A DNA stretch of 64,000 bases from Candidatus Gygaella obscura (GTDB lineage: Bacteria; Omnitrophota; Gorgyraeia; Gygaellales; Gygaellaceae), in contig JAVCCR010000032.1 of assembly GCA_030765485.1 (NCBI GenBank), positions 166,289-230,288 of the forward strand, given 5' to 3'. Both the position numbers and the translations under genes were made by a program. Below, piece by piece: positions 37,929-46,917 of the stretch (positions within the stretch are counted from its first letter, which is position 1; each line of letters opens with the position of its first letter). Below the pieces are notes generated by a model that made no database searches, had not been told where the DNA came from, and worked only from the letters and a program-made list of their open reading frames with translations.

Positions 37929-38315
37929 ATGAAAAAAGAACTTATCGTTATTGGTGATAAAGTGTTGATTTCTGTTTATGAAGGAAGCGATAAGACAGAT
38001 TTTGGACTGTATTTACCTCAAGGGATAAAAGAAAAAGAAAAAGTTGCCGCAGGTTTGATTGTTAAATCCGGTCCCGGTTATCCTGTGTGGCAGGCAAATA
38101 CAATAGAGAATGAAGACTGGAAACAGCCTTATAATAAAGAAGCTACAAATTACATAGCGCTTCAAGCAAAAGAAGGTGATTATTGTATTTTCTTGCGTGA
38201 TTCTGCAGTGGAAGTCCGTTATGAAAAGAAAAAATACGTTGTAGTACCGCATTCGGCAATACTTCTTTTGGTCAGAGGCGATATTGACAAAGCGATAAAT
38301 CTTCTGGAAAAGTAA
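37929..38315 (+). CDS. GroES/cpn10-fold protein (orphan co-chaperonin-like)
   Basis: 128 aa. LIVIGDKVLISVYEGSDKTDFGLYLPQGIKEKEKVAAGLIVKSGPG aligns to the GroES pattern (L.P.GDRVLV....T.GGI.LP....K...G.VVAVG.G). It carries a ~30 aa insertion. No groEL is adjacent. Confidence 0.45.
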   Translation: MKKELIVIGDKVLISVYEGSDKTDFGLYLPQGIKEKEKVAAGLIVKSGPGYPVWQANTIENEDWKQPYNKEATNYIALQAKEGDYCIFLRDSAVEVRYEKKKYVVVPHSAILLLVRGDIDKAINLLEK

Positions 38316-38316
38316 T

Positions 38317-39405
38317 ATGAAAAAGGTTTTTATTGCAGCTACCAAGCAGAATGACGGTAAGACTACGGTAAGCCTTGGTCTTATCTCTAATCTTAACAGA
38401 CATTTTAAGAATATTGGTTTTATAAAGCCAATTGGCCAGCGTTATTTGGAAGAAGAAGGTTTTAAGGTTGATGAGGATTCAATTCTTATTGAAGAGGTTT
38501 TTGGGATAAGATGCGGTCTTAAGGATATGAATCCTATTGCTGTGGAAAGGGGTTTTACGGAAAAATATATCATAACTCCTAACGGCAAAAAGCTCACTCA
38601 GCAGATTAAAGATGCCTATAGGCATGTTTCAAAAAATAATGATTTTGTTGTTATTGAAGGCACCGGTCATGCAGGTGTGGGCTCTGTATTTGATTTGTCT
38701 AATGCTGCTGTGGCAAAACTTCTTAAGGCCAAGGTGATTATTATATCTTCTGGCGGTATAGGTAGGCCTGTAGACGAGATAATGCTTAATAAGGCGCTTT
38801 TTGATAAGTTAGGGGTAAAGGTTTTAGGCGTTATTATAAATAAAGTACTACCGGAGAAATCTGCAAAGATAGAAAAACTTTTGAAAAAACGGCTCACGCA
38901 ACTAAAAGTAGAAGTTTTAGGCGTTTTGCCTTACCTCCCGTTTCTTTCTTATCCTAATGTTGCACGGATCTCTGAGGAATTAGGTTTTAAGTTTTTTGTC
39001 GGTAAAGATAATGCGCATAATGTGGTTAAAAAAATCGTTATTGGGGCAATGCTGTCTCATGATGCCGTAGCCTATATAGAGGACGGTTCTTTAGTGATTA
39101 CCCCTGGTGATAGAGGAGATATGATTTTGACTGTTTTAAACTGTCATTTTGTCCAGACAAAAAAACGGATAAAAATATCAGGATTAATTTTAACAGGTGG
39201 TATAATGCCTAATAAAAGAGTACAGGAACTTCTTAAAAAATCCAATATCCCTGTTCTTTTATCTGAAAAAGACACCTATAGTGTTGCTTCATTAGTGCAT
39301 GATTTAGTAGTTAAGATCAGGTCTGATGATAAGGAAAAGATTGCCATGGCTCATGATATGTTTAAAGAAAATATTGATATAGAAAAGATTATTGGAGGAA
39401 TTTAA
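38317..39405 (+). CDS. Phosphotransacetylase N-terminal regulatory module (CobQ/MinD-like P-loop + DRTGG domain) as a separate protein
   Basis: 362 aa. The N-terminus is ATKQNDGKTTVSLGL (dethiobiotin-synthetase-like P-loop). The later PGDRGDMIL is the DRTGG motif. The order matches the N-terminal half of long Pta enzymes. Confidence 0.7.
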   Translation: MKKVFIAATKQNDGKTTVSLGLISNLNRHFKNIGFIKPIGQRYLEEEGFKVDEDSILIEEVFGIRCGLKDMNPIAVERGFTEKYIITPNGKKLTQQIKDAYRHVSKNNDFVVIEGTGHAGVGSVFDLSNAAVAKLLKAKVIIISSGGIGRPVDEIMLNKALFDKLGVKVLGVIINKVLPEKSAKIEKLLKKRLTQLKVEVLGVLPYLPFLSYPNVARISEELGFKFFVGKDNAHNVVKKIVIGAMLSHDAVAYIEDGSLVITPGDRGDMILTVLNCHFVQTKKRIKISGLILTGGIMPNKRVQELLKKSNIPVLLSEKDTYSVASLVHDLVVKIRSDDKEKIAMAHDMFKENIDIEKIIGGI

Positions 39406-40337
39406 TGCAGATTGTAGAAAAAATTAGAGATAAGGCTAAGCAGAATAAAAAAAGAATAGTTCTTCCTGAAAGCGAAGATGCAAGAGTAAAAGAGGCAGTT
39501 GATTTTATAAATAAAGAGTCAATTGCCGAAGCGGTTTTAATTTCTAAAGAGGATATGGAAGAAGTAATGATGAAAAAATATGTGCAGGAGTATTTCAAAT
39601 TGCGTAAGCATAAGGGAATAACCGAATTAGATGCGATGGAAAAAATCAAAAATCCGCTTTATTATGCTGCAATGATGACTCGTTTTGGTGATTGTGATGG
39701 TTTTGTTGCCGGGGCAATCAATACAACGCCTAATGTTATTCGCGCATCTCTTCATTGTCTTGAACTGGATAAGACAATCGGTGCGGTATCAAGTTGTTTT
39801 ATTATGGTAGTACCAGATTGTATTTACGGTGACAATGGTGTGTTCGTATTTGCTGATTGCGGTGTAATGCCAGAGCCGTCAAGCAAGCAGCTTGCTAAGA
39901 TTGCGATTTCTAACGCCCTTTTAGCTAAAAAGGTCTTAGGGATTGAGCCTAAGGTGGCAATGTTGAGTTATTCTACTAAAGGTTCGGCTGGTGGTAAATT
40001 CGTGGAAAAAGTACAGGAGGCAACAAGGCTAGCTAATGAACTTAGGCCGGATTTGATTATTGACGGAGAATTGCAGCTGGATGCAGCTATTGTACCTGAG
40101 GTTGCGAAAATAAAAAAATCCCATAATGGCATTAAGGGCGATGCCAATGTATTGATCTTTCCTGATTTAGAAGCTGGTAATATCGGTTATAAACTTGTCC
40201 AGCGCTTGGCTAAGGCAAGGGCAATCGGTCCGATTTTGGAAGGTTTTACAAAACCTTGTTCTGATCTTTCCCGGGGATGCGAAGTGGATGACATAATAGA
40301 CTGTGTGGCTGTAACAGCGATAAGGGCAAACAGATGA
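39405..40337 (+). CDS. pta: Phosphate acetyltransferase, catalytic PTA_PTB domain
   Basis: 310 aa PTA_PTB fold (GAINTTPNVIRASL..., SYSTKGSAGG, ANVLIFPDLEAGNIGYKL...). TAATG overlap with the upstream gene. Confidence 0.9.
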   Translation: MQIVEKIRDKAKQNKKRIVLPESEDARVKEAVDFINKESIAEAVLISKEDMEEVMMKKYVQEYFKLRKHKGITELDAMEKIKNPLYYAAMMTRFGDCDGFVAGAINTTPNVIRASLHCLELDKTIGAVSSCFIMVVPDCIYGDNGVFVFADCGVMPEPSSKQLAKIAISNALLAKKVLGIEPKVAMLSYSTKGSAGGKFVEKVQEATRLANELRPDLIIDGELQLDAAIVPEVAKIKKSHNGIKGDANVLIFPDLEAGNIGYKLVQRLAKARAIGPILEGFTKPCSDLSRGCEVDDIIDCVAVTAIRANR

Positions 40338-41398
40338 AAATTCTTGTTATAAATTCAGGCAGCTCTTCTATAAAATACCGTCTTTACGATATGCCTAAAG
40401 AGAGATTATTTTTAAAGGGGATGATTGATAAAATCGGTGAAGGTTCTTCCTGTGTAAAAAACCACCACGAAGGTTTTAGGAAAATATTAAAAAAAATTGA
40501 CGGTGTGGATGCAGTGGGACATCGAGTTGTACATGGAGCAGAGGAGTTTCAAAAGCCCATTGTGATTAAAGATAATATCATCAAACGGCTTAAAAAATAT
40601 AATATCCTTGCTCCTTTGCATAATCCGGCCAATCTATCCGGTGTTATTGCCTGCAAGAAACTATTGAAAAATATTGCTCAGGTTGCTGTTTTTGATACTT
40701 CCTTCCATCAGAGTATTCCTGATTATGCCTATATCTATGGTCTGCCGTTTAGTTTTTATAAAAAGCACAAAATTAGAAGATATGGATTTCACGGAACAAG
40801 CCATCATTATGTAGCTGAAGAGGCGAGTAAATTACTGAAAAAACCTTTGAATAAATTAAATCTTATAACCTGTCATTTGGGAAATGGCTGTAGTATGGCA
40901 GCGGTAAAAAAAGGTAAATGTATTGATACAACTATGGGGTTTACTCCTCAAGAGGGACTTTTGATGGGTACACGTGCTGGGGATATGGATACGGCTATTT
41001 TGATTTATTTGATGGAAAAGCTGCATCTAGGTATTGAACAGATAAACCGGATAATCAATAAAGAAAGCGGTCTTAAAGGTATATCCGGCGTAAGCAATGA
41101 TATGCGTAAAATCGAACAGGCAATTGCCAAAGGTAACAAAAGGGCAAAATTAGCCAGGGAGATATTTATTTATAGAATCAAAAAATATATCGGAGCATAT
41201 AGCGCTATAATGGGTGGAGTTAATGCGGTGATTTTTACTGCCGGAATCGGAGAGAATCAAATTCGTTTAAGAGGTGACATTATTAAAGGTTTATTTGATT
41301 ACTTAAAACATAAGCCTAAGGTAATGGTTATTTCTACAAACGAAGAATTGATGATCGCCAGGCAGACGTATAAAGCAATAAAGAAAGGCGTAAAATGA
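40334..41398 (+). CDS. ackA: Acetate kinase
   Basis: MKILVINSGSSSIKY at the N-terminus, and HLGNGCS and GFTPQEGLLMGTRAGD motifs. Confidence 0.95.
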   Translation: MKILVINSGSSSIKYRLYDMPKERLFLKGMIDKIGEGSSCVKNHHEGFRKILKKIDGVDAVGHRVVHGAEEFQKPIVIKDNIIKRLKKYNILAPLHNPANLSGVIACKKLLKNIAQVAVFDTSFHQSIPDYAYIYGLPFSFYKKHKIRRYGFHGTSHHYVAEEASKLLKKPLNKLNLITCHLGNGCSMAAVKKGKCIDTTMGFTPQEGLLMGTRAGDMDTAILIYLMEKLHLGIEQINRIINKESGLKGISGVSNDMRKIEQAIAKGNKRAKLAREIFIYRIKKYIGAYSAIMGGVNAVIFTAGIGENQIRLRGDIIKGLFDYLKHKPKVMVISTNEELMIARQTYKAIKKGVK

Positions 41399-41742
41399 GA
41401 ACAATGCTTAAATCAAAATTAAAGAATTTAAAAGTTACCGAGACTGAACTTTTTTATGAAGGCAGTATTACTATTGATGAGGCGTTAATGGAAGCGTCTG
41501 ATATTTTACCCGGAGAAAAAGTTGAGGTTTTAGATGTCAATAACGGCGCCCGTATTTCAACCTATGCGATTAAAGGTAAACGTGATAGCGGAATAATCTG
41601 TATGAACGGACCTGCAGCCAGGCTTGTTTATAAACATGATATAATAATGGTGCTTTCTTATGTTTTACTTGATGATGATAAGGCCAAGACACATGAGGGT
41701 GTAGCAATCGCAGTAGATGAAAATAATAGAATAAAGAGTTAA
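41395..41742 (+). CDS. panD: Aspartate 1-decarboxylase
   Basis: 115 aa pyruvoyl-dependent PanD (MLKSKLKNLKVTE...YEGSITID..., with the G-S processing site). Confidence 0.9.
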   Translation: MRTMLKSKLKNLKVTETELFYEGSITIDEALMEASDILPGEKVEVLDVNNGARISTYAIKGKRDSGIICMNGPAARLVYKHDIIMVLSYVLLDDDKAKTHEGVAIAVDENNRIKS

Positions 41743-41755
41743 TTAAATAAATAAT

Positions 41756-42709
41756 TTGAAAAAAATCATTATAATTTTCTTTAAGATAGCAATAAGTTTT
41801 TTCTTATTGCTATTTTTATTTAAGAAAATCGATACCGAAAATGTATTTATTCTTTTGGGTAGCTTTAATAAGTTTTTTATTGTTGTTAGTTTTTTATTAT
41901 TTTGTTTCGCTTATTTTCTTGGGATGGTTCGTTGGTTAATGCTTTTATATATAAGCGAAGTAGATTTCAGTATAAAAAAGGTTGTGGTTACGTATTTAGG
42001 ATCACAGTTTTTTAGTTTGTTTGTACCTTCGATTATCGGTTCGGATGTGGCAAGAAGCATTGATTTGGGAAAGTATTCGAATAGTTTCAAAAAAGTTGCA
42101 GTCACTGTATTTTTGGATCGATTAAGCGGTAGTATAGGTCTTGTTTTAGTAGCTTTTTCTTCTTTGCTGTTGGGGAAAAGTTTTATTAATAATTTCTATG
42201 TGTATTTGATTATTTATGTTTTTGTTTTGGCAATTTTAATAATATTAACTTTATTATTTAATAGCCGTATATTTGATTTTTTCTCTAGAGTCCTTCAAGG
42301 CAGAGGCAGGTTTTGGGATAAGTTTTTTCTTATTCATAAAGAGATATTTTATTTTCGAAAACATAGATTCTTGTTGTTGTTAAATATCGCAATTTCTGTG
42401 GTGATTCAATTAGTAGTACCGGTTATTTTCTGGATTTTGACAAATAGTCTTTACGGGGGAGTTTCGATTTTTCCATTTTTGATTATTGTGCCTATAGTTA
42501 CTGTTATATCGGCAATCCCTATTACTATTGGCGGTCTTGGAGTAAGAGAGTGGTCTATGGTGCTTTTTTTATCGCAGCTGGGGTTAGATAAAAGCTTGTC
42601 TGCAAGCCTATCGTTGTTGCAGTTTGTTTTCTTAATTAGCGTTGGTGTTATTGGTGGAATTGTTTATGTCCTTACATTTCATACTAGACGGTTACAATAT
42701 AACAAATAA
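41756..42709 (+). CDS. Flippase-like (UPF0104 / LPG-synthase-TM family) membrane protein
   Basis: 317 aa with about 8 TM helices. The family's conserved GxxVxxxxD-like block is LGSQFFSLFVPSIIGSDVARS. Confidence 0.55.
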   Translation: MKKIIIIFFKIAISFFLLLFLFKKIDTENVFILLGSFNKFFIVVSFLLFCFAYFLGMVRWLMLLYISEVDFSIKKVVVTYLGSQFFSLFVPSIIGSDVARSIDLGKYSNSFKKVAVTVFLDRLSGSIGLVLVAFSSLLLGKSFINNFYVYLIIYVFVLAILIILTLLFNSRIFDFFSRVLQGRGRFWDKFFLIHKEIFYFRKHRFLLLLNIAISVVIQLVVPVIFWILTNSLYGGVSIFPFLIIVPIVTVISAIPITIGGLGVREWSMVLFLSQLGLDKSLSASLSLLQFVFLISVGVIGGIVYVLTFHTRRLQYNK

Positions 42710-43136
42710 ATTTAAATATAAGCCTGTGTCTGATTTGCGTCATTCAAGGTTTCAGCTTTATAAATTTATTCAGGAAAATAAGTTCAAGGGCTCAAAGAAT
42801 AATATTTTGACCGTTGTTTTTGACGGTAAGGAAGATGTTATATCTAATGAAACGGCAGAGGGCATTAGTATTATTTTTTCAAAGAATAAAAGCGCTGACT
42901 GTGTTATCATGGAATTGATTGAAAGTTCTTCTCAGCCAAAGAACATGGTTTTAGTTACAGATGATAAGGAACTTATCATTTTTGCGCGCTCTAAAAGGGT
43001 AAAATTAATGCCTGTTAAACAGCTTTTGGCTAAGAAAAAAACGGTTATTTTTAAGAAGAAAATGAGAATAACTACAGAAGACGCTCGGAAAATCAACAGG
43101 GAACTTCGCAATATTTGGTTAAATGAAGCAGAATAA
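42666..43136 (+). CDS. NYN-domain (YacP-like) predicted RNA-binding/ribonuclease protein
   Basis: The N-terminus MSLHFILDGYNI..VVFDG... is the YacP/NYN signature. ATG 42666 is preferred over the ORF-track start at 42642. Confidence 0.55.
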   Translation: MSLHFILDGYNITNKFKYKPVSDLRHSRFQLYKFIQENKFKGSKNNILTVVFDGKEDVISNETAEGISIIFSKNKSADCVIMELIESSSQPKNMVLVTDDKELIIFARSKRVKLMPVKQLLAKKKTVIFKKKMRITTEDARKINRELRNIWLNEAE

Positions 43137-43893
43137 TTTTATAAAATTCTTAGGTACTGCTGGTGCGCGTTTTGTTACTATTAGTCAACTGCGAGCTTCA
43201 GGCGGGATCTGGATTAGGTATCAGAATACAAATATTCTTATTGATCCAGGTCCGGGAAGCCTGGTTAAGGCATTAGAGGCGCGACCTAAGCTTTTACCAA
43301 AGACACTTGATGCGATCATTTTAACACATAGGCACCTTGATCATGCTAGCGATTTAAATATTATGACCGAGGCAATGACTGAAGGTTGCCGTAACAAAAG
43401 AGGAATGCTTTTAGTGCCTGAAGATAGTCTAAAAAAAGAAACAATGATACTTTCTTTTTTAAGAAAAAGCGTTAAATCGGTTAAATTGTTAAATGTAAAG
43501 AAAAGTTTTGTTATAAAAGATATCCGTTTACAGAATGTTTACCGTTTGAGGCATAGCGTCGAGACTTATGCCTTAAAATTTATTTTTGGTAAAACAAGTT
43601 TATGTTTAGTCAGTGATACCATGTTTTTCCCCTCATTAAGCAAAAAGATTAACAGTTGCGATTATTTGATACTTAATGTAGTGTTTTATAAGCCCAATGC
43701 GGATATAAAACATCTTGATTATTTTTCAGCAATAAAACTGATTAAAGAAGTGAAGCCTAAAAGAGCGATAATAACTCATTTTGGTACGCCGATGTTAAAG
43801 GCGAATCCAAAAAAACTGGCTAAAAAAGCAAAAAAGATGACAGGTATTGATGTTCTTGCGGCAGAAGACGGCATGAAGTTGATGATTAAATAG
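43123..43893 (+). CDS. MBL-fold metallo-hydrolase
   Basis: LTHRHLDHASDL (an HxHxDH variant) and downstream His/Asp ligands. Confidence 0.7.
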   Translation: MKQNNFIKFLGTAGARFVTISQLRASGGIWIRYQNTNILIDPGPGSLVKALEARPKLLPKTLDAIILTHRHLDHASDLNIMTEAMTEGCRNKRGMLLVPEDSLKKETMILSFLRKSVKSVKLLNVKKSFVIKDIRLQNVYRLRHSVETYALKFIFGKTSLCLVSDTMFFPSLSKKINSCDYLILNVVFYKPNADIKHLDYFSAIKLIKEVKPKRAIITHFGTPMLKANPKKLAKKAKKMTGIDVLAAEDGMKLMIK

Positions 43894-43894
43894 A

Positions 43895-43923
43895 TTGACA
43901 GTTTGGAAAGGCTTTTTTATAAT
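43895..43923 (+). promoter_or_regulatory. Consensus sigma70 promoter TTGACA-17-TATAAT
   Basis: TTGACA at 43895-43900 and TATAAT at 43918-43923. AAGGGAGG lies just before the start of the 43946 gene. Confidence 0.55.
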
Positions 43924-43945
43924 AATAATAGGATAGGAAAGGGAG

Positions 43946-44620
43946 GTGTTTATGTCTATATTTATAGAACCTGCTAAAACAGTATTATTGCAAATCGGAT
44001 CATTTTTGCCGAAGTTGATTGCTGCGATTATTGTTTTTATTGTCGGCTGGCTTTTAGCAAAAGTAATCGGTGAGCTTCTAAAAAGATTTTTAAAACTTAT
44101 TAAGTTGGAACAATTTGCGGATAATGTTGGTGTTAATAAGTTTTTAACCAAAGGTGGTATCAAGTATACTTTTTGTGAATTATTAAGCTTTTTGGTATAT
44201 TGGTTGGTTGTGTTAGTTGTGTTGGTGGTAGCTGTGGACATATTAGGTCTTACCGTAGCCGGAAATATAATTGAAAAGGTAGCTTCATATATTCCTAATG
44301 TTATTGCTGCATTGTTTATTTTAATATTAGGTATATTTGCATCCAGTTTTTCTGGTTCTACTGTTACAGCAGCTTTGACCAATGCTGGGATAGAGCAGGC
44401 TCGTCTTTTAGGCAAGGTTGCAGAGATAATCATAATTGTATTTACAATCTTTGTTGCCATTGAACAACTGGGTATTGCTGGTCAAGTTATTGTGCTAGCG
44501 ATAACTATAACTTTTGCATCTATTGGTTTAGCAGTAGGTCTTGCGTTTGGTCTAGGCTGTAAGGACATAGCTGCTGATTTTTTGAAGAATTTTTTAGCAA
44601 AAATTAAGGTAAAGAAATAA
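43946..44620 (+). CDS. Membrane protein with Conserved-TM-helix repeats (MscS-N-terminal-like)
   Basis: 224 aa, 4-5 TM helices. The repeated pattern hydrophobic helix - KxxxxxLxxxGxxxxxxG resembles the TM_helix repeat family. The start may be the ATG at 43952. Confidence 0.5.
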   Translation: MFMSIFIEPAKTVLLQIGSFLPKLIAAIIVFIVGWLLAKVIGELLKRFLKLIKLEQFADNVGVNKFLTKGGIKYTFCELLSFLVYWLVVLVVLVVAVDILGLTVAGNIIEKVASYIPNVIAALFILILGIFASSFSGSTVTAALTNAGIEQARLLGKVAEIIIIVFTIFVAIEQLGIAGQVIVLAITITFASIGLAVGLAFGLGCKDIAADFLKNFLAKIKVKK

Positions 44621-44626
44621 TTTTTA

Positions 44627-45025
44627 ATGCATAAACTTTTAATCGCCGATGATGAGCTTGATGTGCTTAATAGTCTTAGCAATAGGCTCAAAAAGGAAGG
44701 TTTTTTTGTCTCAACTGCCAGAGACGGTCAGGAGGCATTGGATCTGGCTCTGGCAGTTGATGGACCTGATATTCTTATTTTAGATATTGAGATGCCAAAA
44801 AAAAACGGCTTCGAAGTGTTAAAAGAGCTTCGTGAAAGTAATATTAAACATAACCAATGGCAGCCTGTTATAATACTTTCGGCAAAAAGTGATTTTGATG
44901 ATATCAAGAAAGGCTATGGTTTGGAGGCTGATTTTTATATTACGAAACCTTTTAACTTTCAGCAGCTGTTAAAGGGAATTGAAACGATGATTACGCTTTT
45001 ATCCGTTAGAAGGATAGAGAAATGA
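44627..45025 (+). CDS. Single-domain CheY-like response regulator
   Basis: 132 aa with the acidic pocket LIADDE, the phospho-acceptor LILDIEMP, and T/K residues in the conserved positions. Confidence 0.8.
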   Translation: MHKLLIADDELDVLNSLSNRLKKEGFFVSTARDGQEALDLALAVDGPDILILDIEMPKKNGFEVLKELRESNIKHNQWQPVIILSAKSDFDDIKKGYGLEADFYITKPFNFQQLLKGIETMITLLSVRRIEK

Positions 45026-45678
45026 TTGCATTATTTATAACTATTTTTATATTTATTTTATTAGCGGTAGTAGTTGAGGTGGCAACTACTGCTTTGCGTA
45101 TGACAGGTTTGGATATTCGTATCGCCCGTTTTCAGGCAATGTCAGCTTTAACCGGTACAGGCTTTACCACAAGAGAAAGTGAGCTTATCACTGATAATAA
45201 ACAGCGTAGAATCATCGTAATGAGTTTGATGATAATTGGGCCTATTGGTTTTGTTACTATACTTACTTCAATTTTATTGTCAGCAAGGGAGCATGTTATG
45301 CTTTATCAGCTTTTAGTTTTGGCAGTTCTTGCTTTGTTGCTTTTGAAGTTTTCTAAAAGCCGCAAGCTGATGAGTGTATTCCATAAGGCAATTGAAACTA
45401 CATTAAAGAAACGCCATTATCCTAGGAAGATAGTTTTAGAAGAGATATTGCAGTTGGATGAGAATTTTGGAGTATGTGAGATAAAAATCGATAAACACTC
45501 TAAATTAGCAGATAAAACCTTGGCTCAAAGTGATATTAAAGAGAAAGGATTTATTGTATTAGCGATTCAACGTGAGGATAACTTAATCACTGTTCCTCAC
45601 GCAAACGACAAAATTTTAGTTAATGATATATTAGTTGTTTTTGGTAATCTTAAGCACTTACGAGATTTTGCGAGGTAG
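45022..45678 (+). CDS. Membrane protein with C-terminal TrkA-C (RCK_C) domain
   Basis: 218 aa with 3 TM helices, then a TrkA_C-like beta domain (VCEIKIDKHSKLADKTLAQSDIKEKGFIVLAIQREDNLIT...ILVVFG). Overlaps the RR gene by 4 nt. Confidence 0.5.
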   Translation: MIALFITIFIFILLAVVVEVATTALRMTGLDIRIARFQAMSALTGTGFTTRESELITDNKQRRIIVMSLMIIGPIGFVTILTSILLSAREHVMLYQLLVLAVLALLLLKFSKSRKLMSVFHKAIETTLKKRHYPRKIVLEEILQLDENFGVCEIKIDKHSKLADKTLAQSDIKEKGFIVLAIQREDNLITVPHANDKILVNDILVVFGNLKHLRDFAR

Positions 45679-45684
45679 TTTTAA

Positions 45685-46083
45685 TTGAAACTTTATCTAT
45701 TCATTATTTTAGGGTTTTTATTCATGCTATTGTTTTTTAACGGCTGCAGAAAAAAGTCTTCAGTTGAAACATTTCAGTCTCCCTATGAGTTGATAGATGA
45801 AATTGAGTCTCTCAGCCTTTTGGAAACCGAATCGGTCGAAACAGCTTCTGTATCTGTAGCTAAAACAATTTCAAAAGAAAAAAATATTGATCTGGATTTA
45901 AATGATAAAAAGATCCAGACCGCTTTAAAAGAAGCTGGGTTTTATGATGGTAAAATCGATGGTAAAATCGGTTTAAAGTCAAAGCAGGCAGTGAGAGACT
46001 TCCAGACAGCGAATAATTTAAAAGTTGATGGAGTTGTTGGTATAAATACTAAAAAAGCTCTTCAGAAATATTTGACGCAATAG
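45685..46083 (+). CDS. Lipoprotein with peptidoglycan-binding (PG_binding_1) domain
   Basis: Lipobox LFFNGC. The C-terminus LKEAGFYDGKIDGKIGLKSKQAVRDFQTANNLKVDGVVG is a canonical PGB repeat. Confidence 0.7.
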   Translation: MKLYLFIILGFLFMLLFFNGCRKKSSVETFQSPYELIDEIESLSLLETESVETASVSVAKTISKEKNIDLDLNDKKIQTALKEAGFYDGKIDGKIGLKSKQAVRDFQTANNLKVDGVVGINTKKALQKYLTQ

Positions 46084-46108
46084 TTTTTAAAATAGTTTCA
46101 ATCAAGCG

Positions 46109-46903
46109 ATGAAGAAAAAAATAAGCGATATAATTATTCGTATGGGTAGATATATTTTAGGCATTATACAGGAAATAGGTTCAATTCTGGTTTTTTCGAT
46201 TAAAGTCTTTAGTTTTATTCTTAAAGGCAAGGTAAGATTTTTTGATGTATTAAAGCAGATCTATGAGCAGGGTTTTGAGTCTATATTTATAGTAGCGATA
46301 ACTTCACTTACCACAGGTATGGTTTTGGGGCTTCAAGGTTATTTTGCTCTTGTACGGTTCGGTGCAAAGGAATTTGTTGCTGCTTTGGTGGCAATTTCAA
46401 TTCTAAGAGAGCTAGGTCCAGTGTTGACTTCGATAGTTTTCTCAGGCAAAGTAGGGGCAAAGATAACCTCTGAGTTAAGCACAATGAATGTCTCCGAACA
46501 GATATTAGCAACGCGTACCATGGGCGTAGATCCATTAGAGTATTTTGTTGTTTCAAGAGTTATAGCCTGTGTTATAGTTTTGCCTATTTTGGTAGTCATA
46601 TCAGGTGTAATCGGGATATTCGGCGGGTATTTGGTAGTTTCCTGGGAGGGAGCAACTAATGCCATTTATTACTTTCATAATACCTTAGATATAGTTGCGC
46701 TAAGGGACTTTTTAAGCGGAATCATAAAGGCAATTGTTTTTTCTGTAATAATAGGTATTATTTGTTGCTATCAGGGTTTTCGGGCCAAAGGAGGCTCTTT
46801 GGGTGTCGGAAGGTATACTACTAAGGCTGTTGCTTTTTGTTATATTTTGATAATTGTGTTTAATTTTATTTTGACTAAGATTTTGTTAAAACTTGGATTT
46901 TAA
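46109..46903 (+). CDS. mlaE: Mla-type ABC transporter permease
   Basis: 264 aa MlaE family (GFESIFIVAITSLTTGMVLGLQ..., RELGPVLTSIVFSGKVGA...). Confidence 0.8.
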   Translation: MKKKISDIIIRMGRYILGIIQEIGSILVFSIKVFSFILKGKVRFFDVLKQIYEQGFESIFIVAITSLTTGMVLGLQGYFALVRFGAKEFVAALVAISILRELGPVLTSIVFSGKVGAKITSELSTMNVSEQILATRTMGVDPLEYFVVSRVIACVIVLPILVVISGVIGIFGGYLVVSWEGATNAIYYFHNTLDIVALRDFLSGIIKAIVFSVIIGIICCYQGFRAKGGSLGVGRYTTKAVAFCYILIIVFNFILTKILLKLGF

Positions 46904-46917
46904 AAAGGAGATTTATT

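Noticed and set aside
43795-44460. 221-aa minus-strand ORF
   Set aside because: It is antisense to a clearly genuine multi-TM + strand gene (43946-44620) and to the end of the MBL hydrolase gene. The translation is Thr/Asn/Ile low-complexity with no family resemblance.
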